Assembly (NCBI RefSeq): GCF_006345805.1
Contig: NC_043005.1
Span: 64,604,001-64,668,000, forward strand
Reading direction: 5' to 3'
Length of the DNA: 64,000 nt
DNA from: Octopus sinensis
Taxonomy: Eukaryota
The position numbers and the translations under genes were made by a program. The notes beneath the pieces were generated by a model that was given only the letters and a program-made list of their open reading frames with translations, was not told the DNA's origin and did no database searches. This document shows positions 11,990-26,012 of the stretch, one piece after another (position 1 is the stretch's first letter; every line of letters begins with the position of its first letter).

Positions 11990-12330
11990 CTCTGAAGTCT
12001 TGAATTTTCCCCCACAAGCTTTAAGTAAGCCTTATTGGGGTGTCCTATCTTGTTCAACTGACTTTACTGATGAGACTCCCTCAACATGTAAAGTCCTCTA
12101 GATCATCTGGTGGTTTACTGTTGGCAGTGACAGGTGAGGGATTATTGGAGTTTTTGGCTGAGATTAATACCTCAGTATTGATGCTAAAAATTATACAAAA
12201 CAGACATGTCATAGAGCCATATGTTTTATAACAGTTCAGTTAATCAGCATTTTGTTGCAGATGATTTGAGATGGACAACCAGCTACTTGATCAGAGCTAA
12301 GCTGAGGTTAAATACACAAACGTTTGTGAC
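11990..12330 (-). mobile_element. Decayed RTE-type LINE fragment
   Basis: Minus strand remnants EVLISAK...DDLEDFTC*GSLIS...RLQRIWK, resembling the post-YADD region of RTE RT. Confidence 0.5.
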
Positions 12331-13128
12331 TATTAATCACATCTTTCAGGATAAATTTGTCAATATTTATCTCTACACTGAAATGTATGTAAATATTGAG
12401 AAGCTATTCCACCGAAAGAGGAAGTTAAGAGTCAGTAAAATTAGAATTTCAACAATTATGCTCTATTTTTTATAGCCAAACACTGCACTTAAAATCCTCA
12501 GTGGCACCTTCAGTATGATATCAACATTTAAGTAGATGGGAGCATATTTAATTAGAATCACTAATGTGGTCAGGAGAAGAGAACATTAGTCCAATGACTA
12601 ATATTGTTTTAATTAAATCTGGGTATGTTTTGGTGTTATTAAACCTCATCATAGACTTCACAGAAGAGGAAATCACTATTTACAGCATTCAACTTCGTCT
12701 TTCTATCTTTTTAAATATATTAATTTTATATGCTTTATGGATTGGCAGCCTCTACATAATCCTGCCTCAACATGGTCACCCAACCTACAAGAAATAGCAA
12801 CCAAAATTCCTCAAATCTTAAAAGAATAACACAGTCAATAATGTGGTTATGGGTGCACTGTTCTGAGGTCAAGATGGAAGTATTTTCAATTACGAGTCTA
12901 TTCATTCAGCACTACCATGGGGTTAAGCAACAATAACAATACTGTAATTCTACTGAACAATTTTTGTACCAATAGTTTGGCCAACCTATTGAGATCTAAG
13001 AAGACCAAAACTTTCCCTGAATGAAAGAATGAAAGTAATATTAGTCGTTGAGTTAATATTCTTTTCACTACATTAGTGTTTCTAATTAAATGTCATTTGA
13101 TATGCTTGACCCTACATATCAGTACATT

Positions 13129-13154
<26 letters not shown>

Positions 13155-13160
<6 letters not shown>

Positions 13161-13370
13161 CATCATCATCATCGTTTAATATCCGCTTTCCATGCTGGCA
13201 TGGGTTGGATGATTTGATTGAGGACTGGTGAACCAGATGGCTGCACCAGGCTCCAATCCGATCTGGCTGAGTTTCTACAGCTTGATGCACTTCCTAGTAC
13301 CAACAACACTGAGAGAGTGTAGTGGGTGCTTTTATGTGCCACCTGCACGATGGCCAGTCAGGCAGCACTG
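13155..13370 (-). mobile_element. Family C retroposon
   Basis: (ATC)n at the left end, CCGCTTTCCATGCTGGCATGGGTTGG, TTTCTACAGCT, TTTTATGTGCCAC. Confidence 0.85.
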
Positions 13371-13371
13371 T

Positions 13372-13519
13372 TGTAAGCAGTGGAAGTGAGCTAGAACATT
13401 AAAAACTTAGTGTGCATGCACAGTAGAATTCAAGGTCAGTGTGTGCCAAGTGGCTTTACTCTGTGTGCTTTAGCTTCGTTATTACGGCAACAGTCCGGAT
13501 ACTTATTGATCAGTTCTCA
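13372..13519 (-). mobile_element. Mariner family 2 left-end fragment
   Basis: TA+TGAGAACTGATCAATAAGTATCCGGACTGTTGCC on the minus strand, homologous to both ends of the element at 39357-40218. Confidence 0.75.
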
Positions 13520-14519
13520 TATATAGACATATCTTTTTGGAATCAGGGTAATCCTAGGATTGAAAATCTGCCCTTCATTTCGTTCTTCAACATCCAGCAT
13601 TGGGAACTGATTTAAAGGCATTTGGATTGCTATTTCTAGCTTGACTGATTCATGCCATCTTGGTTGGCATTTGTCAGATTATGTCAGAGATCAAGTGGGA
13701 GATAAATGATGTTCGCTTCCTTAATTTTACATCAAGATAAGAACTTTTGGACAAATTAGCCGACAACTGGAATTCAACTAACGACAGGAACAATGTTTGC
13801 ATTACAGAATCAATTCTCACCTCTCCTTAACCTCTGATTAAACACCACCGGGATATATAGTCATTAGAGATATATTATATTCATGATGTTTAGCTCTCCT
13901 CAGTTTTGGGCCCCAGGCCCTAACCCTAACCCACTGCAATAGCCAGCTTAATAGTCCACACAGAGTGCAGCTCTTAAGCTAGTATATGTATGCATGTATG
14001 TATGTATATGTGTATGTACATACCTATGTATGTATGTATCATATTTAACAATACATAATATTGATTTCTAACATACACAAATTCACAAATTGTTGTCAAT
14101 TATATTCACCCATTACTCAGAAAGTACTTTATTTTATTGACCCCGTATGAATGAAAGGCTCAATTGACTTCAGCATGTCTGAACTCAGAAAATAGATGGA
14201 TGTAACTAAATATTGCAGATCCTATGAATTCACTATCTTTCACTAACACACAATATTAAAGTGTTTGTCAGATGGTTAAGGTATGATTTTCTTATTTATT
14301 CCACATTTCAAAAGATAATCTCAACAATTCAGAAACTGCATTTCTATATATAGCTTTCCATAGGAGAATGTTGCAAGGAGCTCATGAGTCCATGTGCACA
14401 TGTATGTGGTGTGTGTGTATATGTGTGCATGTGCATATGTTAAATCAAACTTAGTTGAAAGTTATGTGCGAATGTATAAAAGTTATATTTATTATTAAAC
14501 CCCTTTCTGCCAAACTGCC

Positions 14520-15430
14520 AAGTAAGAGTTCAGTGATTCAACACCATTCAAACCAGTCTTTATCACTTCCTTACATTTCACTCAATGTGTTTTTCTCATC
14601 TTGCTTTCAGCTGTTCTGTATCAGACTTTTGCCTTCCAGGTTTCCATCTTGATACTGCTGTAAGTATTCTAAATTGCATGACCAAGTCATCTGAGCCACT
14701 GGAAATCTATTCCAAGAACTGCATTATTGTAAGCAGCTTAGTTGTACAGGTCTTTATTTGATACTTTGCTGAGCTAAAAGATGTAGCAGGCTTTTATCAA
14801 GCATACACTATGGAAAACATTTATCTGATTCTTGTCTCCTTTTAAGACTTGTCTGTCTTAGTCCTCACGCTCTTTGTCTTGACTTTCAAATCATCTGAAG
14901 TCTTTCACGTGTCCCAGGAACTTTAACAAACTTTGTTAATTGTCCATTTTTGACTTTATTTCTTAGATATGTGAAACTCTTCAGATACTTTAGTGGTTCA
15001 GTATGACAGGTGCAGTGTTATTGAAGGTTGTGACTTGTTGTTTTGGGGTTATTGTTGCTAAGATTTGTCTATTTCACGTGATAGTCCAACCGATAGGATG
15101 TTTTCATGGAGATCACCTCTTTTCAGAAGTGTTGCTCAGTTATCCATAGAGTAAAAAAACCTTTTAAACAGAAGAAAAGAGCCCAGTGGATGCTTGTGGG
15201 ATCATTAGATGCGGTCTTATGCAGGATCACACTTCAAACAGCTTGTGAAATGGTCAAAGAAGAGATTTATTAAGCTGATGATCTCCATATGGCCTCAACA
15301 TCTTCTATATGTTCTTCTTTGTGCATACTGTCAGAAGGCTTTCTAAAATCCTTCAAATTGATGTACAATGGAATAGTCCAAAGCACTGTTTGGTGATATT
15401 CAAAAATCTGATCAATGCATCCTCTACTCA
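14520..15430 (-). mobile_element. Decayed RTE-type LINE RT fragment
   Basis: SRGCIDQIFE...LYINLKDFRKPSDSMH corresponds to RT subdomains 2-3 (GRGCxDQIF...FIDFxKAFDS). Confidence 0.7.
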
Positions 15431-15458
15431 ACTTTTCATCAATTTGTTCACAAAGTAT

Positions 15459-15632
15459 AGGCGTAGGAGTGGCTGTGTGGTAAGTAGCTTGCTTACTAAC
15501 CACATGGTTCCAGGTACAGTCCCACTGCATGGCACCTTGAGCAAGTGTCTTCTACTATAGCCTCGGGCCAACCAAAGTCTTGTGAGTGGATTTGGTAGAT
15601 GGAAACTGAAAGAAGCCCATCGTATATATGTG

Positions 15633-15663
<31 letters not shown>

Positions 15664-15910
15664 ATGTGTGTGTCTGCGTGTGTGTGTGTGTGGTGTGTGT
15701 GTGTGTGTGTGTTTGTTCCCCCAACATCACTTGACAACCAATGCTGGTCTGTTTACGCCCCTGTAACTTAGCGGTTCGGCAAAAGAAACCAATAGAATAA
15801 GTACTAGGCTTACAGAGAATAAGTCCTGGGGTCGATTTGCTCGACTAAAGGCGGTGCTCCAGCATGGCCACAATCAAATGACTGAAACAAGTAAAAGGGT
15901 ATAAAAGAGT
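15459..15910 (+). mobile_element. Family A SINE
   Basis: Complete head to tail with an expanded internal (TG)n. Confidence 0.9.
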
Positions 15911-16194
15911 AAATGTTAATCTGTAGGACAAGAACTCAGCAGAAAACATTGCAAGTGATGGAGAAGACTATGATACTAGAACGGTTGTTGCTGTTCTGTT
16001 ATTTCTTTCTTGGAAAATTTCACAAACAGTCCCTTAGCCCTGTCCTTTGGAATGGAGGCACTCTCCAAGGTGGTCTTAATGAGATCAAGCAACACTGATC
16101 TTGTTTTTATAGGGACAGACTTAAACATCTGTACAGGATGCACTGTAAAGCACTCATGGCAGTGCTATGTAAAAGCACCCATGCATTGCCACCT

Positions 16195-16399
16195 AAGAGT
16201 GCCTATGTAGTGGCATGTAAAACTGCCCATGCAGTGCCATTTAAAAGCACCCAAAACATTCTGAAAAGCAGTCGGTGTTCAGAAGGGCATCCAACCGTAG
16301 AAACCATGGCAAACCAGACTGGAGTCTGGTGCAGCTCCCCAGCTTGCCAGCCCTGGTCAAACAGTCCAGCCCATTGCCAGCATGGACAATGGACATTAA

Positions 16400-16435
<36 letters not shown>

Positions 16436-16436
16436 C
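16195..16436 (+). mobile_element. Family C retroposon (degenerate modules)
   Basis: Repeated GGCAxGTAAAAGCACC modules, GAAGGGCATCCAACCGTAGAAAC, (GAT)n tail. Confidence 0.8.
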
Positions 16437-17271
16437 CAAACAACAACAAAAACTTGCAGATATAAAATATATAAAATAATCAATAAATTATGTGGAACCA
16501 GAAAGTATACACAGTCAATACTTTTGACATATTAACATATTGAAAATGCGATTAAGCTTAGTGAAACATAACATTGGAGTAACATCTGTAAATATTTGTA
16601 TTTTGACACCCCTTCTGGTTTCAAGAGCTAATTTCCCACTTCATCAAACTGAATTGTGTAAGTACACAACAACTTTACAAATATTTGTAAAACTACTAAT
16701 AAACAAGTCACACATGTAGGTCTAATAAATTTAAATGATAAAAGTTGCATTAAGTAAGTATAAATGTGTTTAAAGTGTGTAAATATCATCTGTAATTCCA
16801 CACATTGAATAGTTTGGTAAACATGTTTCATAACATTCAGCATCATCTATTAGCGTTTACATTTGTCAGATCTATGTCTGCAGCTATACAATGTGGTTTA
16901 TTACTAGTTCTGTATCACAAGAAAGCTGCAACTTAATGATATTTTGCCACAATATATATATATAGAGATATGTTATGTGTTTTTAAATATTCTTGCATAA
17001 GCAGAACTATTTGGTAATTACATTTCATAGGCTTCCATATAAATTAATAAAGATCGGAAAACTGGTAGGGATTCAACAATAAAAATATTTATGTTCAATA
17101 ATCCAATATGTAAGTGTGGAAGAGTTTCTTTCAACTTAGTATTGCAAGAAAACTTATACTAGCATGGTTTTCCAGAACCACCATGACATTTATGCATAGA
17201 TACACAAGCTTACAGGATAATCAAAAATTATACATTATTTCAATTCCTTACACTATCTATTTGTAGATATA

Positions 17272-17821
17272 TTGGGTTGTCCGGAAAGTTCATGCCGATA
17301 TTTAAAGGAAAGGAAAAGGTCAATAAATACTTGTCATTGAATTTTTAATCAACCAAATATGAACCATTTTGTTGCACAATGCGTTTCAATCTTTCTTTTA
17401 ACTTGAAAATACACTCAACCCAGAATTGAGGTGGTTTCATGGCAAAGAATTCATCAAGGTATTTTTTTATGTCATCCAAGGAATTGAAATTTTTACCATT
17501 AAGACTATTCTGCAGAGACCTGAATAAGTGGAAATCTGAAGGAGCAATATCTGGTGAATATGGAGGGTGGGGTAACACATCCCAGCCGAGCTGCAGCAAT
17601 TTTTGTCTGGTTCCCAAAGCATGAAGAGCCAAAAATTAACTTTCTTATCTTCCATTTTAATACAGGTTATAGGAACATAAACCTTCTTCCACGAAAAGAT
17701 AGCTTAAACTGTGCTCTAAATGGAGGTGTAGTCAAATCGTATTTTATGGACTCAACCATGTTCTAAAATAAGTCGAAAGGTAAGCTACTATAAATCGGCA
17801 CGAACTTTCCAGACAACCCAA
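17272..17821 (-). mobile_element. Mariner family 1 internal-deletion derivative (550 bp)
   Basis: Both TIRs intact with TA at 17270-17271 and 17822-17823. N-terminal MEDKKVNF fused to the C-terminal GTRQKLLQLGWDVLPHPPYSPDIAPSDF region. Confidence 0.95.
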
Positions 17822-18924
17822 TAGTAAATGAGTAAATGTTAAAAAACACCTTTGCTAAAGCCAGAGTGCAGCAGAATCTGGATACAAATCACTGTCATTG
17901 TTGATAATTAGAACCCAATTCAATCCTGACTTAGCATAAAAACTGATAAGAGGCATTCCAGTTGTGACCATCCAATCTTTTTAAGTGTATCTAGGACTGC
18001 ATTATCTTACATGCATCTCTGTGTCCTTTTGTTAAGATGGTTGTGTACAATTCAAGGGAAATTTGTACAGTGAACACGTACAGGCTTTCTTGATGGCTTG
18101 TATTTTCAACTTATAGGTAGAAATATAATGTTCTTTAATCCCTGAAACAGCTGTAAGGTAGGTTCACATCTCTAGATTCATGTCTGGAGTTCTGAAGATA
18201 AATGAATCTTTCCCAAGATAGAATGCTAGCCTATCTCAACTATTATTTTTAGTTGATCTGAATAAGGTAAATTGATGTACTGTAGAAGTAAGTAGATTGC
18301 TTCCTCGCGTAGCAAAATCCTTACAGTGGATTTAAACTCAAGGAATAGCAGGTTGAGCAGCTTTCAAATAACATGCTTTCTCTTTCTCTCTCTCTCTTTG
18401 CTATTTGTTGTTTATTTTAAATAAATCCTTGTGTGACATTCTATAATATTAGGTACAACAACACACCACCATCACTTATGCTAACAACAACGGTGCTGAT
18501 ACTGCTGCCAAAATGTCACATTCTTGAAATTTTTTACAAACTAATTTTTGTTAATTGCATTTTTGTTTTCTAAAATGTCAGTTACATTATCATGCAATAC
18601 TTTCTATTTAAATTAAAAGGGAAAAGAACTGTCAAATTTCTTCAACATCAAAGACATTTTGAAATACTTATCAAATAATTAGTGTTAGCTCAGTAAAAAT
18701 CTTAAATGGTACTGAATCTTTTTTTTATTCTTTTTGACATATTAATAGGAAGGACATGTTTTGTTTTGAACTTAATATTTTTATGTCAAGTGAACTTGCA
18801 AAAAGAAAACAAGCAAGATTATTATCAAAAAGGTATTAAGTTTTTTTAACCCCAGGTCATCCTAGGTAGAGCAGATCTAAGAGCAAATTCATACTATGCA
18901 TGACCATCCTACCTTATTCATAGT

Positions 18925-19311
18925 GAAGGAGTGGCTATGTAGTAAGTAGCTTGCTTACCAACCACATAGTTCCAGGTTCAGTCCCACTCCATGGCACCTT
19001 GCGCAAGTGACTTCTACTATAGCCTTGGGCCAACCAAAGCCCTGTGAGTGGAAAGAAGCCCATCGTATATATATATATGTGTGTGCGCGTGTGTGTGTGT
19101 GTGTGCATGTTTGTGTGTCTGTTTGTCACCCCAACATCGCTTGACAACCAATGCTGGTGTGTTTACGTCCCTGTAACTTAGCAGTTCAGCAAAAGAGACA
19201 GATAGAATAAGTACTAGGCTTACAGAGAATAAGTCCTGGGGTCGATTTGTTTGACTAAAGGTGGTACTCCTGCATGGTCACAGTCAAATGACTGAAACAA
19301 GTAAATGAATA
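18925..19311 (+). mobile_element. Family A SINE (internal deletion)
   Basis: Family A head and tail; about 20 bp missing before GAAAGAAGCCC. Confidence 0.88.
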
Positions 19312-20130
19312 GAAAACGTTATGTATTCCTCTATATTTAAGACCAATACAGAGTGATTTGAGAGAGATTTGGCTACTATTTTTTGAAGACCAAGTACGTG
19401 TAGAGAAGTTCAGTTATCTCATAGGTCACAAGTTGTCAAATATGGTAGAACATCAAAGTAAATATCTTACTCTGTCAACATGTGTCACACTGTCTCCTAT
19501 GTGTTAACATTGCCTTGATTAGACAACCAAAAGTAATTGAATCTAATAAATTTCTCAAAAATGTGTGTATCTTTAGAATAAGTTAAAAAATCACTTTGGA
19601 AAATTGATGAACAAAATGCCTTGCAGTATTTAGTAGCACACCTTTATATTAAAACCCTACTAGTGTTGCCTATGATTTTCATTCATCTGGATTGTATCAG
19701 TCAACTACTTCGATCATCGAGGTAACAATGCCTTCTCCTCTAAGTGGATGTTCTTGTAGCAAAGTTATAATTCATCACAATCATTGTCATTATGGGAGGG
19801 TCCATATTTGATGATTGCTTTTCATTTTGTTGTTGTTGAAAATGAATTTATCAGCGAAAAATAAAAAAACACAGCATTATGAGGAAAAATAATATACCCA
19901 AGTGAGTCATAAACAACATCCTTACCTAATATTCTCAATAAACAAAGCTATTGTGTACACCCCTTTTCCCTTCAAATGTTCTATGTGCTTCTTTCTCTTG
20001 TAAAACTATACCCTCAATATGATCTTAGGAAGTAGGTGAAATGGAAATTCAGAGCCTGAGAATAGGGAAATGTATGCAAGCCACCTATACATTACACAAG
20101 AAATTATATGTATATGTGTGTGTGTGTATA

Positions 20131-20195
<65 letters not shown>

Positions 20196-21465
20196 ATATA
20201 TATATATATACAGCATGGCCACAGCTCGTGAGCTAAAACTAGATAAAATATAAAATATGATATATAAATATATATATATATCAATGATAAAAACCCATGT
20301 AAATTTATGCGCTTTTTTCGCAAAAGTAAAAATAAACTTTAGGAGTTGCGTAAATTACATGAGGAAATTGCTTCCAGAACTTTTAGAATTTTTTTTTTTT
20401 TTTGTTGAAAAAAGATGTACAAAATGTAAACATTTGTACCTGAAGTTGACTCATTTAATGGGCTTAGATATAATGAAGTTGACTTTTATTTATGCTGGAC
20501 AGTATAATGCTTACTTTTTTCTGTATAAATTTACGAAAACCATTAAATGGTTAACTACTTTTTGAAGTCTGATGTACATGCTGGTAATCATGGTCCAGGC
20601 CACATTTTGCATATTTTATTCGGTTGAGTGAAGTGTCATCCAAGCTGATATTTATCGGCAATTAAACTTAATTTGCAACACCTGTGCGTATTAATCAGCT
20701 TTGTTTTTGTTGATAATTTTTAACAACTTTTCCTGTGAGTGTATGTGAGAGAGAAAGGAAAGCACACTTGCATATATGCATATATATACACATGTGTATG
20801 TAGAAATATATATATATACACATACAGCTATTGCCTGCTTACAATTTGTGAAATAATACTTTGGATATTTCCAGTTAATTTCACATAGTTATGCTTATGC
20901 AGAGATACACAAACACACAGACTCATACAGTTACATACACATACAAACACTTAAACACATAGTCTCATACAGTTACACGTATGCATGTATGCACACACAC
21001 ACACTCACAAAGATGCCAGGAGACAATTTCGCGTCATATTTTTCATTTACTTATTTTTATTGGAACACAAATGTTGAGGGAAGAGGAGAAGTGACTAAAG
21101 CGAACTGACATCATCGTGGGAAGGGGAGGGTATACCGAGTGAGCAAAACAGATTTTATTTATACAGAAGACAACACTAACACTTTGTAATTTAATAGCTT
21201 ATAATGTGATACCTGTTAAACAGAAATTATTTTTATTTAATGAAAATTTAATAAAATATAATCATAAATAAGTGAAATTATGCTAAATACAACTAAATTG
21301 AAAACCTTTTTCCCCCTGGCTATATCAGCAATTCTGAAAACTCTTGCATGCAAATCTTACATGAGTATAAGCCTTTTTTAACAATTTTTATCCAGAAAAT
21401 CACCTGCATAAATTATACAGGTGTGCAAATTACATGGGTTTTTATAGTATATATATATATATATG

Positions 21466-21675
21466 GCCGTCTGCCAGCCCCGTCTGGCACCTGTGCCGGT
21501 GGCACGTTAAAAAACACCCACTACACTCACGGAGTGGTTGGCGTTAGGAAGGGCATCCAGCTGTAGAAACACTGCCAGATCAGACTGGGCCTGGTGCAGC
21601 CTTCTGGCTTCCCAGACCCCAGTTGAACCGTCCAACCCATGCTAGCATGGAAAGCGGACGTTAAATAAATGATGA
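21466..21675 (+). mobile_element. Family C retroposon, 5'-truncated
   Basis: GTGCCGGTGGCACGTTAAAAAACACC, GGCGTTAGGAAGGGCATCCAGCTGTAGAAAC, GGACGTTAAA. Confidence 0.88.
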
Positions 21676-21909
21676 TATATTTTTGAAGTCTTCTCCTCAT
21701 TTACATTACTTTTTTTTCTGCTGTTTGGTTTGGGGGGGGGGGGGTTGAAAGTACCCTGTGTATGTGTTTAAATTCCGTTTCAAAACAATCAAGAATTTGA
21801 AAAAGACTTGGAAATAATTAAAATCTTCATTTAATCTGATGCTTCCAACATTAGTTAGCAAAAATTTCTTACATAAAATTATGATGAAAAGAAATAAATT
21901 TAAATATAC

Positions 21910-22320
21910 ATAGGCATATGAGTGGCTGTGTGGTAAGTAGCTTGCTTACCAGCCACATGATTCTGGGTTCAGACCCACTGTGTGGCACCTTGGGCGAGTG
22001 TCTATTACTATAGCCTCAGGCCGACTAAAGACTTGTGAGTGGATTTGGTAGACGGAAACTGAAAGAAGCCCATCGTATATATGTATATATATATATGTGT
22101 TTGTGTGTGTGTGTGTGTGTGTGTATGTTTGTGTGCCTGTGTTTGTCCCCCAACTTTGCTTGACAACCGATGCTGGTCCCCGTAACGTAGTGGTTCGGCA
22201 AAAGAGATGATAGAATAAGTACTAGGCTTACAAAGAATAAGTCCTAGGGGCGATTTGCTCGACTAAAGGTGGTGCTCCAGCATGGCCACAGTCACATGAC
22301 TGAAACAGGTAAAAGAGTAT
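21910..22320 (+). mobile_element. Family A SINE
   Basis: Complete family A structure. Confidence 0.9.
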
Positions 22321-22639
22321 GTGTGCATGTGTGTGTGTGTGATTTAAGTTCGTTCACAGGAAATGTTTATGAGTGCACATATAAAAGCTTCTCTTTTCTA
22401 AAACCTAATGATACCCACTTGCAACAGCAGTTTTATGGGGGTGTACCAAGCTGTGCTAATATATATAGTATTATATTGTAATAATGATAATAATCCATGG
22501 ATGGAATTTATAAATATTTTAAAGCATTGCTACACACGTTTCCACAAATCACATGGTTCTTATGACTGTAGCCTATGTTCCTGGGACGATTATTGTACAA
22601 TCCATAATGGACATCAGGATGATGGATATAAACAATATT

Positions 22640-23690
22640 GAGCAAACTTAAAGACAGAAGTCAAGCAGTTGCAGCCAATGGTGCCCGCTCTGAGGAAACT
22701 CAAATTCTAAGTGGCATCCACTAGGGAACTGTATTGGGGCCATTGCTGTTTATAATACTCTCTTAGTCATGATCATGGTCACTCTGACAGCCACTGTCAC
22801 TGGCTACACTGATGATACAAAATTACTACAGGCAATAAAGAATACAGATGATGTTGCAAGCTTTCAACAGGAACTGAATGCAATATACAAGTGGACTGAA
22901 GTAAACATTGTGCAGTTTAATGCTGGAGATTTTCAAGAAATGTGCTATCAGTTCACAAATGCACCATAGCTTGCATATACAGGACCTAAAGGCATTGCAA
23001 TCTCAGAGTCACAGGCAGTGAGAGACATGGAAATCAGTATGTGCAATGATGCATCATTTTGTATGCACATTACAAAGACAGCAGCAAAGTGAAGACCACT
23101 TGCAGGATGGATACTAAAATCCTTCAAGGTAAGAGACAAAGATGCTACGTTAACCCTGTGGAGGACCTTTGTTCTCCGTTGCCTGGACTACTGCTCTCAA
23201 CTATCGTCACCACATAGCACCAAACATACAATGGAGCTTGAAGCAGTCCAACGTCAATAAACTAAGATGATTGTAATAGTGCAGCGGATGAGCTACAGGG
23301 GGAGGTTGTAAAAAATACTACATTACTCTCTGGAGTGAAGGTGCAACAAATATGTAATAATCTGCATATGGAAAATTCTGGAAAAGCAAGTACCTAATTT
23401 CAGCATTGAATAGTAAACAAATACCTGAACTGGATGCCATTGTATTGAATCAAAGATGCCATCCACTCCGTTTAGATTCAAAACCAGATAGTGCAATAGC
23501 TTAGGCTTCAAAGGCCGACAGCTTTTCAATGCTCTGCCACAAAAATTAAATTAAGAAACCTACATAATGTGGATGTAGATGCCTTTAAAAAGGATGTTGA
23601 TATTCTCCTCTCCACAATACCAGATAAACCGACAGCCTCCCATGAGGCAGCAGTGTCAAGCTTCTTCATACACCAAATGGGCCAACATCC
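22640..23690 (+). mobile_element. Decayed CR1/L2-group LINE, 3' half
   Basis: SGIH*GTVLGPLLF, GYTDDTKL (YADD), WTEVNIVQFN, LDYCSQLSSP, LYSLE, LFNALP, FKKDVDILLSTIPDKP. Confidence 0.85.
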
Positions 23691-23739
23691 AAGACACACA
23701 TATATATATACACACATACTGAAATTATATACACATATT

Positions 23740-23920
23740 ATATATACATAAGAAGCACTCAGTACATTCTGTAAAGTGAATGGCATATGGAAGGGCATCC
23801 AGCCATAGAAGCCATGTCAAAATAGACAATTGGAGCTTGATGCAGCTCTCTGACTTGCAAGCTCCAGTCAAGCTCTCCAACCCATGCCAGCATTGAAAAT
23901 GGACATTAAATGATGATGAT
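23740..23920 (+). mobile_element. Family C retroposon 3' part
   Basis: GGAAGGGCATCCAGCCATAGAA...AACCCATGCCAGCAT...GGACATTAAATGATGATGAT. Confidence 0.75.
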
Positions 23921-23964
23921 ATATATAAATACATTATAAATGAATATAAATAAATAAATAAATG

Positions 23965-24014
<50 letters not shown>

Positions 24015-24056
24015 CACATATATATATATATATAAATATAATATATATATATATAT

Positions 24057-24130
<74 letters not shown>

Positions 24131-25228
24131 TAGAGAAATTATAAATAATATATATTCATATTGTGAAATTTGATTTAATACTAAATTGACTTTTTCCCTG
24201 TAAGTTTGGAGTTATAGACCCTAATATTATTATTATTATTATCATATATATATATATGTGTGTATGTGTGTGCGTGTGTATTTATGTATAGGTATATATA
24301 GGTGCGGGTGTGACTGTGTGGCAAGAAGCTTGATTCCTAACCAAATGTTTCAGGGTTCAGTCCTGCTGCATGGCACTTTCAGTAAGCGTCTTTGACTATA
24401 GCCTTGGGCCAACATGAGTTGGTGGGCAGAAACCGAAAGAAGCTTGTCATGCACACACACATACGTACATTATATATCAATTCTTTTCTGTTTGTATTTC
24501 ACAATGTTGGCATAATTTCCAATCTATGTATACCTAAAAGACACTATTGTTCCAGGCTAAGATTGAGCACCTACGTATTCTGCAGTTACTTAATGTAATC
24601 TACACTTACATATTCTGCAGTTACTTAATATAATCTGCTCCATTACATGCTTTGGAGGTTTCTGAACCAAAGAGTTTAATCCTGTGCTGTAACAAAGAAC
24701 TCTCCAATCTTAGCTTTGAGTTGGCAGTTTTCAGCCACTTTCTTTATTTTTCTATGTCCATTGCACTCTGTTAAGTTTTTTTCAAGTTTTGTTGCCCTTA
24801 TTTTAGCGCAGAAAAATTTATTACATATCTGATGATTTATAAGCCAATGAAAATAATGGTTTGTAATTATAACACTGAAGTAGATCTTGCTTTTTTCAGA
24901 TTTTAATTCGAATAAATATGTGACAGTTGTTTCCCTAGACATAATATTTTAAGACATTAAAATTGATAGTTTAACAGCTGAATGAGATAGCAAGAAGCTG
25001 CTTAAATTATAAGTTCTTATGATTTTAATTTTGAGATTTAAAAAATTATTTGTCTATTGCAGATAATAGCAAAAAACAAACAAGTGCAAATATGGACATC
25101 TAATTTTTCTTACTGTCAGAAAATATTTCCCATAATGACTTTTGATGCGTTGATGTGTGTGTGTATATATATACATACATATATACACATATATATATAT
25201 ATACATATATATATATGTATGTATGTGA

Positions 25229-25259
<31 letters not shown>

Positions 25260-25829
25260 AATCTGTCAATGTGTGTGTGTATGAAAATGATTGTACAAAT
25301 GTCTTATAGAAAACATTCATTAAAATATAAAATATTAAAATGTAACATTGAATACAGAAGCATAAAAATATATAAAAGTAGACTGAAACCTAAAATAATT
25401 TATTGATTTTGACTTTAGAATAAAAGTAAATTCAATATCTGTTGATATTCTACTTTATATATCTATTTATTTTATCTTAATGGAGAATTGTAGTTGACAT
25501 GTCTTTGACAATATATGGTGCTGTTGTTGTTATTGGTTGTGTGGAAAGGTTTATGTGTCTTACTTCTTTATCAGAACAGCAAGCATGGATCTGACAAAGA
25601 TATACAATTCTCAGTGACTCAGTCTATTTAGCTATAAATAGGGACTAAACTACATCTATAAGCAGTAAAACAACCCATTATTAATCACAAGGATCTGTCT
25701 CTGGTTCTCCTTTGGTTAGGCCAGTATTATGCTACCTACACTGATAATGGATGAATCTAGGTGTTTAGAATCAATATCTGATTAGTAGTAAGTAACGAAA
25801 GTTTCAAATTCTGGTCTGAAGCCAGTAAT

Positions 25830-26012
25830 TTCAGTGGGAGGAGATAAGTTGATTAGACTGATCCCAGTGCTCAACTGGTATTTATTTTATCGACCCCAAA
25901 AAGAGGTAAGTGATGTCAACCTTGGTGGAATTTAAGCTCAGAATGCAAAGATGATTGAAATAGCTCTAAGCATTTTGCCTTGCGTGTTATCAATTCTGCC
26001 ATCTCACCGCCT
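25830..26012 (-). mobile_element. Family B SINE (diverged)
   Basis: CTGGTATTTATTTTATCGACCCC...GGAATTTAAGCTCAGAA...TTCTGCCATCTCACCGCCTT. Confidence 0.8.

Noticed and set aside
18144-18157. GAAACAGCTGTAAG, identical to the 3' half of the 44735 hammerhead
   Set aside because: No CTGANGA or stem II upstream; at most a decayed fragment.
24572-24636. 30-bp direct repeat with a 35-bp period
   Set aside because: Only two copies with 2 mismatches; an ordinary local slippage duplication.
24676-24942. 88-aa minus-strand ORF with protein-like composition
   Set aside because: No recognisable motif, not needed to complete the dynein frame, and its length is within chance expectation.
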